From NCBI GenBank assembly GCA_027062325.1, contig JAMOTN010000005.1, forward strand, positions 1-58,935: a stretch of DNA of 58,935 nt, written 5' to 3'. Numbering within the stretch: position 1 is the first letter of the stretch; each line of letters opens with the position of its first letter. Below the pieces are notes generated by a model. It worked only from the letters and a program-made list of their open reading frames with translations. It ran no database searches and had not been told where the DNA came from. The position numbers were made by a program, and so were the translations under genes. Below, piece after piece: positions 1 through 10,086 of this stretch. Source of the stretch: a bacterium. GTDB lineage: Bacteria; JAMOTN01.

Positions 1-73
1 CAAGTAAAGCGGCAATCTCTTCGTTTATCTCTTCTGGATAAATCCCTCTTATACCATCTGTACCAAACTTCAT
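1..73 (-). CDS. Phosphoglucosamine mutase / phosphohexomutase family, N-terminal fragment running off the window
   Basis: Manual translation from ATG 73 gives MKFGTDGIRGIYPEEINEEIAALL; FGTDGIRG is the GlmM/PMM N-terminal motif. GGAGGAGG RBS upstream. Not in the ORF track. Confidence 0.8.
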   Translation of the reverse strand, partial: MKFGTDGIRGIYPEEINEEIAALL

Positions 74-112
74 CTCTCCTCCTCCAACCTCGTTCTATTC
101 ATAGTTAACAAA

Positions 113-1114
113 CTATTTACCCCACAAAGTCACCCCAACTGAAACATATGAGTTACTATCCTCATCGTTATACCCATACACTCCAATACTCGCCTTGTAT
201 TTTGGGAAGTAAAACGCCAAACCTCCACCTCTTTGTACCCTTCCATACCAATCCTTTCCCCAGTAAATAACAAGTTTAGCCTTTACCTGAGGCTCATACA
301 ACTTTTCCCTATCAGTAAAATCATATGCCAGCTGTAAAAATGGACGCGTTTTTTCCTTTTTCTTCCCTTTTATTCCACAGCTTATTTCCAATTTATCACG
401 TGAGTAGTTGTATGCCCCCCACCAGTAAGTCTCTTCATCGAGTTGATCTGAATCCCTAACCCAACCACCGACATACCAGTGATCTGACAATTTAAGCTTA
501 GCCGAATATAAAACCTCATCATCAAGATTATCCTCTCTCCATCCTCTATAACCTATTCCAACCTGCAGACCATAACCAAGCCCAAAGTTTACCATTCCAA
601 CCAAACTTCCCACTTTTGTCGCAAAGCCAGCAACATCTTGCCTTTCATACTCCACATCAACAACAACTCTTTTATAAGGAACCACATCTGAAAATGTTGG
701 CAAAATTCCCTGGTTTCCAAACTTTCCATACCACAACTCGTTGTACTCATCTTCCACATCACTTGTTGCAGTTTTTTCAGCAAACTTCTTTTCGTATTTT
801 TCAGGAACATTTACCATAACATCAAGCGTTTGAAAACCTTCTCTTATCAAAACGGTCATAACTTTCTTACCAAGTTTTCCTGCATCAACAGAAATTTGAT
901 GCATCCCTACAGGCACACCTTCAAGAAGGAATTCACCAGTTTTAGTTGTCTTAGCTGCAATTCTACCATCTAAAAGGACAACCGCCCCTTCTATAGGCTT
1001 CAAATTTTGCGTAACAACTTGTCCCCTCAAAGTACCAACCCGCTGCCCAACATCTTGAGCCCAAACAACTACTAAAAAAATAACTCCCAAAAGCAACCCT
1101 ACCTTTTTCATCAA
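113..1114 (-). CDS. Secreted protein: carboxypeptidase-regulatory-like beta-sandwich plus probable outer-membrane beta-barrel (YjbH-like)
   Basis: Signal peptide (MKKVGLLLGVIFLVVVWA); GTLRGQVV..PIEGAVV..TTKTGEFLLEGVPVG pattern; C-terminal half has aromatic-rich amphipathic beta-strands. Confidence 0.55.
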   Translation of the reverse strand: MMKKVGLLLGVIFLVVVWAQDVGQRVGTLRGQVVTQNLKPIEGAVVLLDGRIAAKTTKTGEFLLEGVPVGMHQISVDAGKLGKKVMTVLIREGFQTLDVMVNVPEKYEKKFAEKTATSDVEDEYNELWYGKFGNQGILPTFSDVVPYKRVVVDVEYERQDVAGFATKVGSLVGMVNFGLGYGLQVGIGYRGWREDNLDDEVLYSAKLKLSDHWYVGGWVRDSDQLDEETYWWGAYNYSRDKLEISCGIKGKKKEKTRPFLQLAYDFTDREKLYEPQVKAKLVIYWGKDWYGRVQRGGGLAFYFPKYKASIGVYGYNDEDSNSYVSVGVTLWGK

Positions 1115-3429
1115 CCTTTTACGCCTCCCATACTCTTAACATACTCGTATAGCTCTTCAAATCTTCTAAATGCATCCCTATAACCTATATCGGTTTTACA
1201 TATCTCGTTGTAAAGCTTTAATGCCTTCTTAAAATCTCCTGCCTCCTCTAAAACGCGGGCCAGCTCATAAGTTATATCCATTATCTCAGGATTAAACAGC
1301 TTCTCAAATAAACGCAATTGATTGTACTTCTCCCACGCCAAACGATACAACCTCTTCTTAGCGTAAGCTTTAACAAGCCAGTGCCCTGCAACCTGATTTC
1401 CAGCCTCTTCTGCCAACTTCAAACGCGCAATAGCCTCTTCCACTCTACCTTCTTCCAAATCTTTCAGAGCCTGAGACAACAGCTTAGAATCATCTAATTC
1501 GGCAGTACTTTTACTCTTCAAAACCTCCAACAATTTAACTGCCCACTCTTTCCCTTCATTTCTCAAAAATTCATACTTTAAAAGAAGTGAGTCAACTTTT
1601 CCAAGCTTAACCGCTAACTCCATCAACTTGCGGTGAAGCTCATCATCTTCTCTGTCAACAAACCTTATAAGTATCTCAAACAACACTTCATCTTTAACAA
1701 CATCCAACTTTAAAAGAGCCTTTGCAATTTCATATCTATCTGCAAACTCTATCAAGAACTTTGCAACATCCTTTTTAAGAGAATCCGGTATCTCATCTAC
1801 ACTCATTGCCACAAGTTTGGCAAGCTGCTCTTTCTCCTCTTGACTAAGCCTATCCCTATTTGCAAGTACTACTCGTATATCAAATTCTTTCAATTTCAAA
1901 TCTCTTGAGTAAAGAGCCAATTGAATCAAACAACGAAGCAGCACCTCTTCAAATTCTTTATCAAGTGCTGCCGCAAATCTGTAAAGTTCTAAAGCCTCTT
2001 GATTATAAACAGAAAGATTTTTATAAACACGCGCTAGCTCAATTTTAAAGTACTGATTCTGTGGTTGATTACTAAGCTCTGTTTTTAAAAAGTTACTACA
2101 CTCTGCCCAATCTTTGAGAGCCATTAAAGCATCGACCCACAATCTCTTATCCTCAAAACTCCACTCACCCTTTAATTTTTTTATTTTTAAAAGGTAACGC
2201 TTAACCTCTTCCCACTTTCCCTCTTCGTAAGCTTTCCTAAGGCGCTTTCGGTAAAACGCCTCTTTGTAATCAGCCCGAAATAGAATCGAGTACAAAAACC
2301 AAAAAATCGAAACCAACAAAAACGTGGCAACAACTATTACAAACCAAAACCACTTTTTGAACCAAATTTTAAAAAGCATCTTTACATATGTGTCCCTGTC
2401 CAATCCTTTTCTAAATGATTCATCTAAAAATTTTAAAGCTGTATCGTAATTTCTAGAAAGATATGCTCCTTCTGCTATTGCCAATAAAATATCCTTATCT
2501 CTATCATCAGAAGGTATACTCAACAGAGTCTCAACACCCTTATCCACTTCACCTAATTTAAAGTGAGAATCTGCAATCAATTTTTTCAACTCTTTGATAT
2601 TCACATATAACCCATTTGGATCAAGTTCTAACAATTTCTCCCCCAGCTTTACAGCTCTTCTCCAATTTCCATTTTTATAGCTCTCTTTAACTTCAGCAAG
2701 TTCTTTCAATATTTGCTCCCTCTTTTCTCGCTTTTTCTTAACAAGTGAGATAATCTTTTTAGCCTTTTCATTTTCAGGATCGTGCATCAATACACTTTGA
2801 GCTAACTCCAAAGACCGATCGTAATCTCCCAACTTGTAATATCTCACAGCCTCATTCAACAATTCTCCAACATCTTCACCTGCCATAAACCAATACTTAA
2901 ACGGCTCATAGTATCTCAACCCTGCTTTTAGCAAAACATCCAGCAACTCAGAAGCCTTCTCCTTATCTCCAGCTTTAACCACTTTCCAAAATTCCACTTC
3001 CTCTTTCAAAGCTCCTGAACAGTTATCACAATTCCTAAATACACAACTGTAAAGACACGGTTCTTTATCCTTCAAAATCTTTATAGCTTTTTGTAGCTCT
3101 TCACTCTCTAAACCCAACCTTTTAGCTATGTAGAAACACACTAGAGAACTTTTATAATCCCTCAATTTAAAAAAGCAGCCACCAAGATTGAAGTAAGCAA
3201 CACTCTCCGTAGGTTTTAACTTAACAACTCTTTTGAATATTTGAAGCGCATTTTCATACTTTCCAGCCTGAAAGTAATTCGCTGCCAACTCATTAAGAGA
3301 AGCAATTTCTTCATCTACAGAAGACGAGAAGGATAAGATGACTATCAAAAAAACTGCAAAACAAATTACAACCCTACACAGCTTTGGTAACACACAACCC
3401 CTCCCACAATACAAATCGTCACTGGCCAA
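1111..3429 (-). CDS. Membrane-spanning tetratricopeptide repeat protein
   Basis: TPR motifs (YFQAGKYENALQIFKRVVKLKP; YELARVLEEAGDFKKALKLY), N-terminal hydrophobic segment and internal TM WFWFVIVVATFLLVSIFWFLYSILF. Start may be slightly downstream. Confidence 0.75.
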   Translation of the reverse strand: MASDDLYCGRGCVLPKLCRVVICFAVFLIVILSFSSSVDEEIASLNELAANYFQAGKYENALQIFKRVVKLKPTESVAYFNLGGCFFKLRDYKSSLVCFYIAKRLGLESEELQKAIKILKDKEPCLYSCVFRNCDNCSGALKEEVEFWKVVKAGDKEKASELLDVLLKAGLRYYEPFKYWFMAGEDVGELLNEAVRYYKLGDYDRSLELAQSVLMHDPENEKAKKIISLVKKKREKREQILKELAEVKESYKNGNWRRAVKLGEKLLELDPNGLYVNIKELKKLIADSHFKLGEVDKGVETLLSIPSDDRDKDILLAIAEGAYLSRNYDTALKFLDESFRKGLDRDTYVKMLFKIWFKKWFWFVIVVATFLLVSIFWFLYSILFRADYKEAFYRKRLRKAYEEGKWEEVKRYLLKIKKLKGEWSFEDKRLWVDALMALKDWAECSNFLKTELSNQPQNQYFKIELARVYKNLSVYNQEALELYRFAAALDKEFEEVLLRCLIQLALYSRDLKLKEFDIRVVLANRDRLSQEEKEQLAKLVAMSVDEIPDSLKKDVAKFLIEFADRYEIAKALLKLDVVKDEVLFEILIRFVDREDDELHRKLMELAVKLGKVDSLLLKYEFLRNEGKEWAVKLLEVLKSKSTAELDDSKLLSQALKDLEEGRVEEAIARLKLAEEAGNQVAGHWLVKAYAKKRLYRLAWEKYNQLRLFEKLFNPEIMDITYELARVLEEAGDFKKALKLYNEICKTDIGYRDAFRRFEELYEYVKSMGGVKG

Positions 3430-3448
3430 TCAAACCGAATCAAAAAAT

Positions 3449-4180
3449 CTAACCCTCCATCTCCTTCTTTTTAGCCAATTCCTCTGCTTCCTTTCTCATA
3501 ACGTACTTTATAATCTTTTGCCTATCACGCGGCGTAATTTCGATAAAGTTTATACCATGCAAATATTTCTTAGATCCTCCAACCTCTATTTCACTATTCC
3601 ACACAACCTCTCCTTTTATTCCATCAAAGTAATCATTTTCCAGTGAAAACTTGAGATCAAACACCGTACCCACTTCATACTTTTCAGATAGCCTTAACTT
3701 CATTCCACCACCGGATATATCAAGCACTTCTCCTTCCTTATACTCATCATCTTCTTCATCATCTCTAACAACCTTTAAAAAAGCTTTCACACCCGGAGTT
3801 TGTACTCTCTTATAACGCCGCCTTTGAATCCTCAAAACTTCTGCTGGAACTTTTATATCAAGAGTACCCACAATCTCATTCTCTGCTAAAATTTCAGTTG
3901 GAAACTCAAACATTCCTTCTCCTTCTCTAAAAAAAACAATGTACGTCTTAACCCCGGGCCAAATTCTAACCTTATTTCCACTCTTATCAGAAGGCGAAGC
4001 TATTTTAATTGTATCTCCCTCATAAGATAAGACCTTTGAACGCCAGCTCCCCGCAAACAATCCATACTTTACAGACAACTCAACAGTGTGCTCAAGTGGG
4101 AGCAAATCTTCAATATTCTTATCCTGACCTATAACATATTTTTCCTGAGTAATATCTTGATTTTCTGCCACCAACACCAC
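3449..4180 (-). CDS. YcgR-type (flagellar brake family) PilZ-domain c-di-GMP receptor
   Basis: QRRRYKR (RxxxR) and DISGGG (DxSxxG) PilZ motifs after a YcgR-like N-terminal domain. Confidence 0.88.
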   Translation of the reverse strand: MVLVAENQDITQEKYVIGQDKNIEDLLPLEHTVELSVKYGLFAGSWRSKVLSYEGDTIKIASPSDKSGNKVRIWPGVKTYIVFFREGEGMFEFPTEILAENEIVGTLDIKVPAEVLRIQRRRYKRVQTPGVKAFLKVVRDDEEDDEYKEGEVLDISGGGMKLRLSEKYEVGTVFDLKFSLENDYFDGIKGEVVWNSEIEVGGSKKYLHGINFIEITPRDRQKIIKYVMRKEAEELAKKKEMEG

Positions 4181-4219
4181 TCCTGCGCTTAGCAGCGCTT
4201 AATAACAACATTCACAACC

Positions 4220-5827
4220 TCACTCTAACGGAGCTCCACACTTCTCACAGCTAGAAGCATCTCCTCTATTCAAAGCACCGCAAGCCTTGCAAATTTTGAA
4301 CCCTGCTCCCCTAAACTCACTCACTTCCAACTTCAAAGAAAACGTTTGCTCTAAATCTGCCAAAGCTTTCTTAACATAGGCAACCTCAGGATACTTTTCT
4401 TTTAGTTTCCGGTAAATTTCAACCAACGTTCCATAATCCTCATCCTTCTTATAGGCTTCCTGTAAAAGCTCATGAGCATCGATGTCATTTGGATCCTCTT
4501 CTACCAACTTCAAAGCTTCTTTTTTCACAATATCCGTATTTCCAGCTTCAAGCATCCCCGCCAACCACACATAAAGCATCTCTTTTGTGTGCTTCCCCAT
4601 CTTTATCATCTTTTCGTAAAGCTTGATAGCAAGCTCATCCTTATAACCGTTATTGACTAAAAGCAGAGCCAAGTACTCTTCCAAACTTTCATCCTTTGTA
4701 TGCATATAAACATCTCTTGCCAATTCAGCTACATCCGCAGTCATAGTTCCTTTCTGCCTGTAATACTCCAAAAGCACCTTCTTAACATCCAAATCCTCAA
4801 CCCTTTTCCAAACTCTCTCGTAAGCTGCAATCGCCCAATTTTCAGTCCTCTTCCTCTTTGCTGCAGCAATTGCCAACTGTTTCCAAGCGTTGAGGTTATC
4901 CGGTGCTAATTCTGTTGCTTTTCTTGCAACTTCAATGGCCTTGTCAATTTCAGCAGCCGCTAAATATGCTTGAGCAGCCTTGGCGTAGTAATCCCCACGC
5001 TTTGTAGGCAGTAAACCTTCACTATTAGCAAGTTTCTCATACATTGCAGCAGCTTTTAAGTAATTCCCTTCTTTAAAATATTCAGCCGCTTTCTCCTCCC
5101 TTTTTACAATGGATATTGCCTTTTCTGGCTCAGCAACTATTCCTAACTCTCGCTGCAACTTAGGAGCAATTTCTTTGTATTCAACTTCAATCTTCTTCCT
5201 ATACCAAAATTTAAATCCAACTCCTATTATCAAAACAGCCACTAAAACTCCTACGAAATACCGGTACTTAAGAAGATAAAGCTTAAGCAACTTGCTTGAT
5301 AAACCTTTTCTTGAAAAAAAGCGAGGATCCAGTTCCTTTATTTTAGAGTAGTAGTATATAGCCTTACCGTAATCTCCACGAGCCACTGCATCCTGAGCAA
5401 GCGCATAGTATTCTTCTGTTGTCATCGGCTGATAACTTTTCCTCTTTTTAGTCCCAGATAACTCACTTTCTATCTTATTCTTCCACTCAACTAATATTGG
5501 TATTTCACCTGCTACCTCTATTGCTTTAACTATGCGTTTGTAAGCCTCATTGTAATTTCCACTCTTATAATACATCTTAGCTTCTGCAAAGTAATTGCCA
5601 GCCTTTTGAAGCTTTTTTACCTCCGCTATCTTATCCAAAATTTTGCGTCTTTTTCTCGCATCATTTGTGTACCTTTTTAACATCTTCCCCAATTTTTCTA
5701 AAGCAACATCGTACTTCCCATTTTGAACGAGAAAATCAATATTTGAAAAATCTATTGCAACCACCGTAAATGCCAAAACCAATGCCAAAATTACCCAGAT
5801 TCCTTTTACTAACACTTCCGAATTCAC
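4220..5827 (-). CDS. Membrane-spanning TPR protein with C-terminal zinc ribbon
   Basis: Signal peptide, TPRs, TM YFVGVLVAVLIIGVGFKFWY, more TPRs, terminal CKACGALNRGDASSCEKCG. Confidence 0.75.
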   Translation of the reverse strand: MNSEVLVKGIWVILALVLAFTVVAIDFSNIDFLVQNGKYDVALEKLGKMLKRYTNDARKRRKILDKIAEVKKLQKAGNYFAEAKMYYKSGNYNEAYKRIVKAIEVAGEIPILVEWKNKIESELSGTKKRKSYQPMTTEEYYALAQDAVARGDYGKAIYYYSKIKELDPRFFSRKGLSSKLLKLYLLKYRYFVGVLVAVLIIGVGFKFWYRKKIEVEYKEIAPKLQRELGIVAEPEKAISIVKREEKAAEYFKEGNYLKAAAMYEKLANSEGLLPTKRGDYYAKAAQAYLAAAEIDKAIEVARKATELAPDNLNAWKQLAIAAAKRKRTENWAIAAYERVWKRVEDLDVKKVLLEYYRQKGTMTADVAELARDVYMHTKDESLEEYLALLLVNNGYKDELAIKLYEKMIKMGKHTKEMLYVWLAGMLEAGNTDIVKKEALKLVEEDPNDIDAHELLQEAYKKDEDYGTLVEIYRKLKEKYPEVAYVKKALADLEQTFSLKLEVSEFRGAGFKICKACGALNRGDASSCEKCGAPLE

Positions 5828-5853
5828 TTACAATCCCCCCAACCGCTGAACAG

Positions 5854-6690
5854 CTACTTATTGAAGCTTCTCAACCTCTCAATTACCCAACTTTCTACCC
5901 CAAATTGTCCTATAATAAACTCGCCTGTAACCTCATTACCGTGCCAATCACTGCCACCCGTCGGAAGAAAATCAAACTTTTCTGCAATAAGAGTCAATGC
6001 CTCCATATAGCCTTTATTTTTAGGATGCATAACCTCAATACCTACAATTCCCGAATCTTTGAACATCTCCCATGGTACATCCCAAACATTATCAAAATCC
6101 TGCATTGGATGAGCGAGAACTGGCACTCCACCAGCTTCTCTTATTATCTTTGCAGCCTCGTACACCGTAAGCTTATAGTAATCTGGAATATAACACCTTT
6201 TACCATTACCTATTTCCTTTTCAAAAACATCCTGAACGTGGGAAAAATACCCCTTTGAAACCAGGTACATAGCTATATGTGGCCTACTTGCATTATCTCC
6301 GGGATAAATCCTACGAAACTCAGAGATATCAACATCATATCCGTAATCTCCAAGTTTTTTTAAAATATCCTCCGTTCTTTGCCTTCTTGCTTTAAAGTAG
6401 CGTCTTTGAAAATCCACAAGCGATTTAGCATCAGGATCCAAAAAGTAACCCAATATATGCCAATTGTTGTTTTTATCATCCCAAGAAGACAACTCAACTC
6501 CACATATTACCTCAATTCCCAATCTTTTACCTTCAGAGATTGCCTCCATACATCCTTCCGTAGTATTGTGATCTGTTATTGCCATTCCTTTTAAACCAAC
6601 CAACTCTGCAACAGCCACCAAGGCACTAGGAGACAACTTCCCATCTGAAACTGTACTATGCAAATGGAGATCCCATTCAAACTTGGACAT
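5854..6690 (-). CDS. PHP-domain metal-dependent phosphoesterase (YciV/TrpH-like)
   Basis: DLHLHSTVSDG, ITDH, GVELS, RPHIA, VLAHP and GGSDWHG motifs. Confidence 0.9.
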   Translation of the reverse strand: MSKFEWDLHLHSTVSDGKLSPSALVAVAELVGLKGMAITDHNTTEGCMEAISEGKRLGIEVICGVELSSWDDKNNNWHILGYFLDPDAKSLVDFQRRYFKARRQRTEDILKKLGDYGYDVDISEFRRIYPGDNASRPHIAMYLVSKGYFSHVQDVFEKEIGNGKRCYIPDYYKLTVYEAAKIIREAGGVPVLAHPMQDFDNVWDVPWEMFKDSGIVGIEVMHPKNKGYMEALTLIAEKFDFLPTGGSDWHGNEVTGEFIIGQFGVESWVIERLRSFNK

Positions 6691-6710
6691 AAAGGTCTAT
6701 TCACTCCCTA

Positions 6711-7625
6711 TTAAACTAATCTCCTTGCAACATTCACTGCTGCCACTGCTCCATCTCCAACAGCAGTTGCCACTTGATAAACACTCTTTTTAACACAATC
6801 ACCTGCAGCATACAAACCATCAACGCTGGTTTCTCTATCCTCATCAACAATCAGAAACCCAGCTGCATCTTTATGCACATCAAAGTTCAAAAACTCAGTA
6901 GCAGCAACTTTCCCTATATTGACAAAACAAGCATCTGTCATTATCTCTTTCACTTCACCATCTACATTAACCAGCAACTTTTCCAGCTTACCCTCCCCTT
7001 TAAAATCTTCTACTTTATCAATTTTCATCACACCTACATCAAATCCACGCTCTTTCAAGCTATTCACAGTCTTTTTAACCTCATCTGTTACTTCAAACAC
7101 AAGCCAGTTTAATCTTGATGCCAATGACGAAAGATATTTTACTGAGTCAAAAGCCTCCTCGTCTTGCCCTAACACCGTCATAACTTTTCCTTTGAAAAGA
7201 TAACCATCACAAACCGCACAGTAAGATACACCTTTTCCAAAATAACGCATTTCATTCAATACTCCAGTAGTCTTAGACTTAGCACCTGTCGCCACTATAA
7301 CAAATTCAGTCTCAACCGTTCCCCTTCCCTTTATATCAACAATAAAACCTTTTTCAGTTCTATCAACCGAAACAACCTCTCCACTAAGCACATCATTTCC
7401 CAACTCTTTCATATGCTTGTGAATCTCTAGAGCAATCTCATATCCTCTTCTTTTTCCAAGTCCAGGATAATTTATCACCTCAGCAGCTCTCAATATAGCC
7501 CCACCAGGAGCCCGTGCTTCAACAACAAGATGATCAATCTCTGCCTGAGCAAGGTAAATGCTAGCAGTCATTCCAGCAGGTCCAGCACCTATAACTACAA
7601 CCTTAGTTTCACCTTTTAAACTCAT
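6711..7625 (-). CDS. trxB: Thioredoxin reductase family flavoprotein (degenerate NAD(P)H-binding motif)
   Basis: GAGPAG FAD motif, NYPG, VATG, GVSYCAVCDG redox disulfide, YAAGD and QVATAVGDGAVAA. Confidence 0.85.
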   Translation of the reverse strand: MSLKGETKVVVIGAGPAGMTASIYLAQAEIDHLVVEARAPGGAILRAAEVINYPGLGKRRGYEIALEIHKHMKELGNDVLSGEVVSVDRTEKGFIVDIKGRGTVETEFVIVATGAKSKTTGVLNEMRYFGKGVSYCAVCDGYLFKGKVMTVLGQDEEAFDSVKYLSSLASRLNWLVFEVTDEVKKTVNSLKERGFDVGVMKIDKVEDFKGEGKLEKLLVNVDGEVKEIMTDACFVNIGKVAATEFLNFDVHKDAAGFLIVDEDRETSVDGLYAAGDCVKKSVYQVATAVGDGAVAAVNVARRLV

Positions 7626-7706
7626 TTTCTCCCCTCCAACTCAAAAATTCCCTCAAATTCAAATACAGCCAATTAAAATTTTATCCTACAAAACCAAAAT
7701 CTCAAA

Positions 7707-8531
7707 CTAATTCATAAATTCTCCCCTATAAACTAACCTCGGATTTAAAATTAAATACACATCTTTGACAGAAAACCTAACCTCCAAAACCCCCCCTGGC
7801 CAGTCAACCTTAATCCTATCAACTCCAAACCTCTTATTCAAAGCCGCTCCAATAGCAACAGTACCAGTACCACACGACAGCGTCTCTCCAACACCTCTTT
7901 CCCAAACACGCGCTTTAACTTCACATTCACTTTTACCTAGCTTTAAAATTTTCACAAACTCAACATTTACCTTTTCTGGAAAGTGAGGATGATTCTGCAA
8001 CATTTTCCCTATAAATTCAAAGTCAGAAAAGTCATCAACTATAAACACAGCATGGGGATTCCCAACGCTAACAGCATCCAATTCGTAAATCTTTTTTTCG
8101 CCATCAATCACAACCTCTAAAACTCCATCTCCAGTATAAGGAACATCCTTTGCTTCTAAAGAGTAATACGCAATCCTCTCTTCTACAACATCACCCTCAA
8201 CTTTCACAACCTGCTTGCCAGCAAGTGTATTGATTTCTATTTGCTCCTCATTTACTCTTTTAACTCTCCTTAAAAAGTGTGCAACACAAGCTAAACCATT
8301 CCCACACATCTCAGCCTCAGTTCCATCTGCATTGAATATTCGCATATTCCAACCATTATTATCTTGGTACACAACCAAAACTCCATCTGCACCTATCCCA
8401 ATTTTTCTCACGCAACACCTCTTTACAAACTCCCTCCATTCTACTCCATTCAAGTCTGCTACTTTATCTTGTGATACTTCAACTAAAACAAAGTCATTTC
8501 CAGCACTTTGCACTTTGTAAAATTCCTTCAC
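7707..8531 (-). CDS. dapF: Diaminopimelate epimerase
   Basis: GNDF, GIGADG, NADGTEAEMCGNG, GNPHAV, VNVEF and ERGVGETLSCGTG. Confidence 0.95.
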   Translation of the reverse strand: MKEFYKVQSAGNDFVLVEVSQDKVADLNGVEWREFVKRCCVRKIGIGADGVLVVYQDNNGWNMRIFNADGTEAEMCGNGLACVAHFLRRVKRVNEEQIEINTLAGKQVVKVEGDVVEERIAYYSLEAKDVPYTGDGVLEVVIDGEKKIYELDAVSVGNPHAVFIVDDFSDFEFIGKMLQNHPHFPEKVNVEFVKILKLGKSECEVKARVWERGVGETLSCGTGTVAIGAALNKRFGVDRIKVDWPGGVLEVRFSVKDVYLILNPRLVYRGEFMN

Positions 8532-8558
8532 ATCCTATCCCTCCATTCAAAATTACTA

Positions 8559-9995
8559 CTAAACCCATCTCTTAATAAACATCAAGCTCTCCAAAACATA
8601 AATTAAAAGAGCCAAAATCAAAACAAACTTATCCCAAGATACGTTACTTACATTATCTAAACTACCTCCCAGCGAAACAACATTCCACGTATCTGCTTCA
8701 CTAAAATCAATTGATCTCACGTATTCCCTTTCAAAAACCTTAGCCCTCAATACTACCATTATCAACTTTACAATCTCTGACGGGAGTTGAGACGGCATAA
8801 TCACAGCAAACCTCATTCCTTCATTTTCTCCATCTCCTCCACTACCTTTGGGAGTTATAAGGTAAGAAATAACCTTCTCTTCCCCTTTTTGCCCAACTTT
8901 TAATAATGGCAAAACCTCCACATCCGCCATAAATATTTTTTTACCAAACTTTTTTACAACCTCAGGTACAATCCCCAAAGTAACCACGCTCAAACTTCTG
9001 GAAAATTCAACTTCTCCAAATGGAGTAATAAAAAGCGAAGTTCTTACAGCAACATTTTTGAACTCAACTTCAGCAATTCTTTTTTCAAAAATTAAAACCT
9101 TTGCTTCATCTCCTTTAAACCCCAACACATCCTCTTCAACATTATTCAGATCATCCAACAATAAGCTATCATTTCGCTCAACTCTTTCAATCTCTCCTCT
9201 CTCAAATAGATAAGATAAATACCACTCATGCGGTGCAATAACTTTGAACCTTTTAAACCTCCTTACCGTAGTAAAAACGCAGTTATCATCCTCTATGGCA
9301 TCCTTACACCTAATCTCAAATGTGGCTTTATCGGCAAAATAGTGATATACAAAACATCTATCCATTTCCCCATTGCTGTATCTAGGAGCTGTAAAAGATA
9401 CTCTACCAACTCTATCTACATTGCTTCCCATTCGAAAGTGCATTATTAACTCTCCAGTATAATCTCTTCCAAAACTGTACACTCTTATTACTCCCGGATA
9501 CTTCACGCTGCCTATGATCATCGGAGGCAAAACTTCAAGATGCAGATTGAATCTCCTTGGCAGCTGCAATACAGAAACAGAACCGTATTTCTTTAATTTC
9601 CTCCACTTCAAAATTCCATCAGGCTGCCCATCCGTTATAAAATAACACTCGCCCCTCTTATTACCTCTGTCAACATAATCGCTCCACTTAACAACAAAAT
9701 CGGGCCGCAACTTAGCAATCAATTCTTTGTAATCTTGCTTTCTTTTTATCACACTTGGGGAATCATCTATAACAACAATTTTAGTCCTATCGCTAGTTCC
9801 CAAAGGATGCAAAGCTGCCAAAATCAATAGAAATAACACTATCATCTGCAAGAGGACAAGCAAATTAAAGCTGAACTTCCTGTTCTTGAAAGCAAAGTAA
9901 GCCACACTAATTCTTTTTCTTTTCCTAAAAAAAAGGAATATTAGCGGAGACAGTGATACCAATAACAACCACAAATACGATGAATAAACCAACAT
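8559..9995 (-). CDS. BatA-like / vWA (MIDAS) membrane protein of a MoxR module
   Basis: Two N-terminal TMs ending LLILAALHP (BatA-like), VIDDSPS (DxSxS), FITDG, C-terminal TM LLIYVLES. Confidence 0.65.
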   Translation of the reverse strand: MLVYSSYLWLLLVSLSPLIFLFFRKRKRISVAYFAFKNRKFSFNLLVLLQMIVLFLLILAALHPLGTSDRTKIVVIDDSPSVIKRKQDYKELIAKLRPDFVVKWSDYVDRGNKRGECYFITDGQPDGILKWRKLKKYGSVSVLQLPRRFNLHLEVLPPMIIGSVKYPGVIRVYSFGRDYTGELIMHFRMGSNVDRVGRVSFTAPRYSNGEMDRCFVYHYFADKATFEIRCKDAIEDDNCVFTTVRRFKRFKVIAPHEWYLSYLFERGEIERVERNDSLLLDDLNNVEEDVLGFKGDEAKVLIFEKRIAEVEFKNVAVRTSLFITPFGEVEFSRSLSVVTLGIVPEVVKKFGKKIFMADVEVLPLLKVGQKGEEKVISYLITPKGSGGDGENEGMRFAVIMPSQLPSEIVKLIMVVLRAKVFEREYVRSIDFSEADTWNVVSLGGSLDNVSNVSWDKFVLILALLIYVLESLMFIKRWV

Positions 9996-10086
9996 ATCAT
10001 CACTTCCCCAATCTATCAGTTCAGAAATTATCTGAATTTTTCTCGACCTTTAGCCTATAAGCACCTCTACAGATCACTTTTACACT

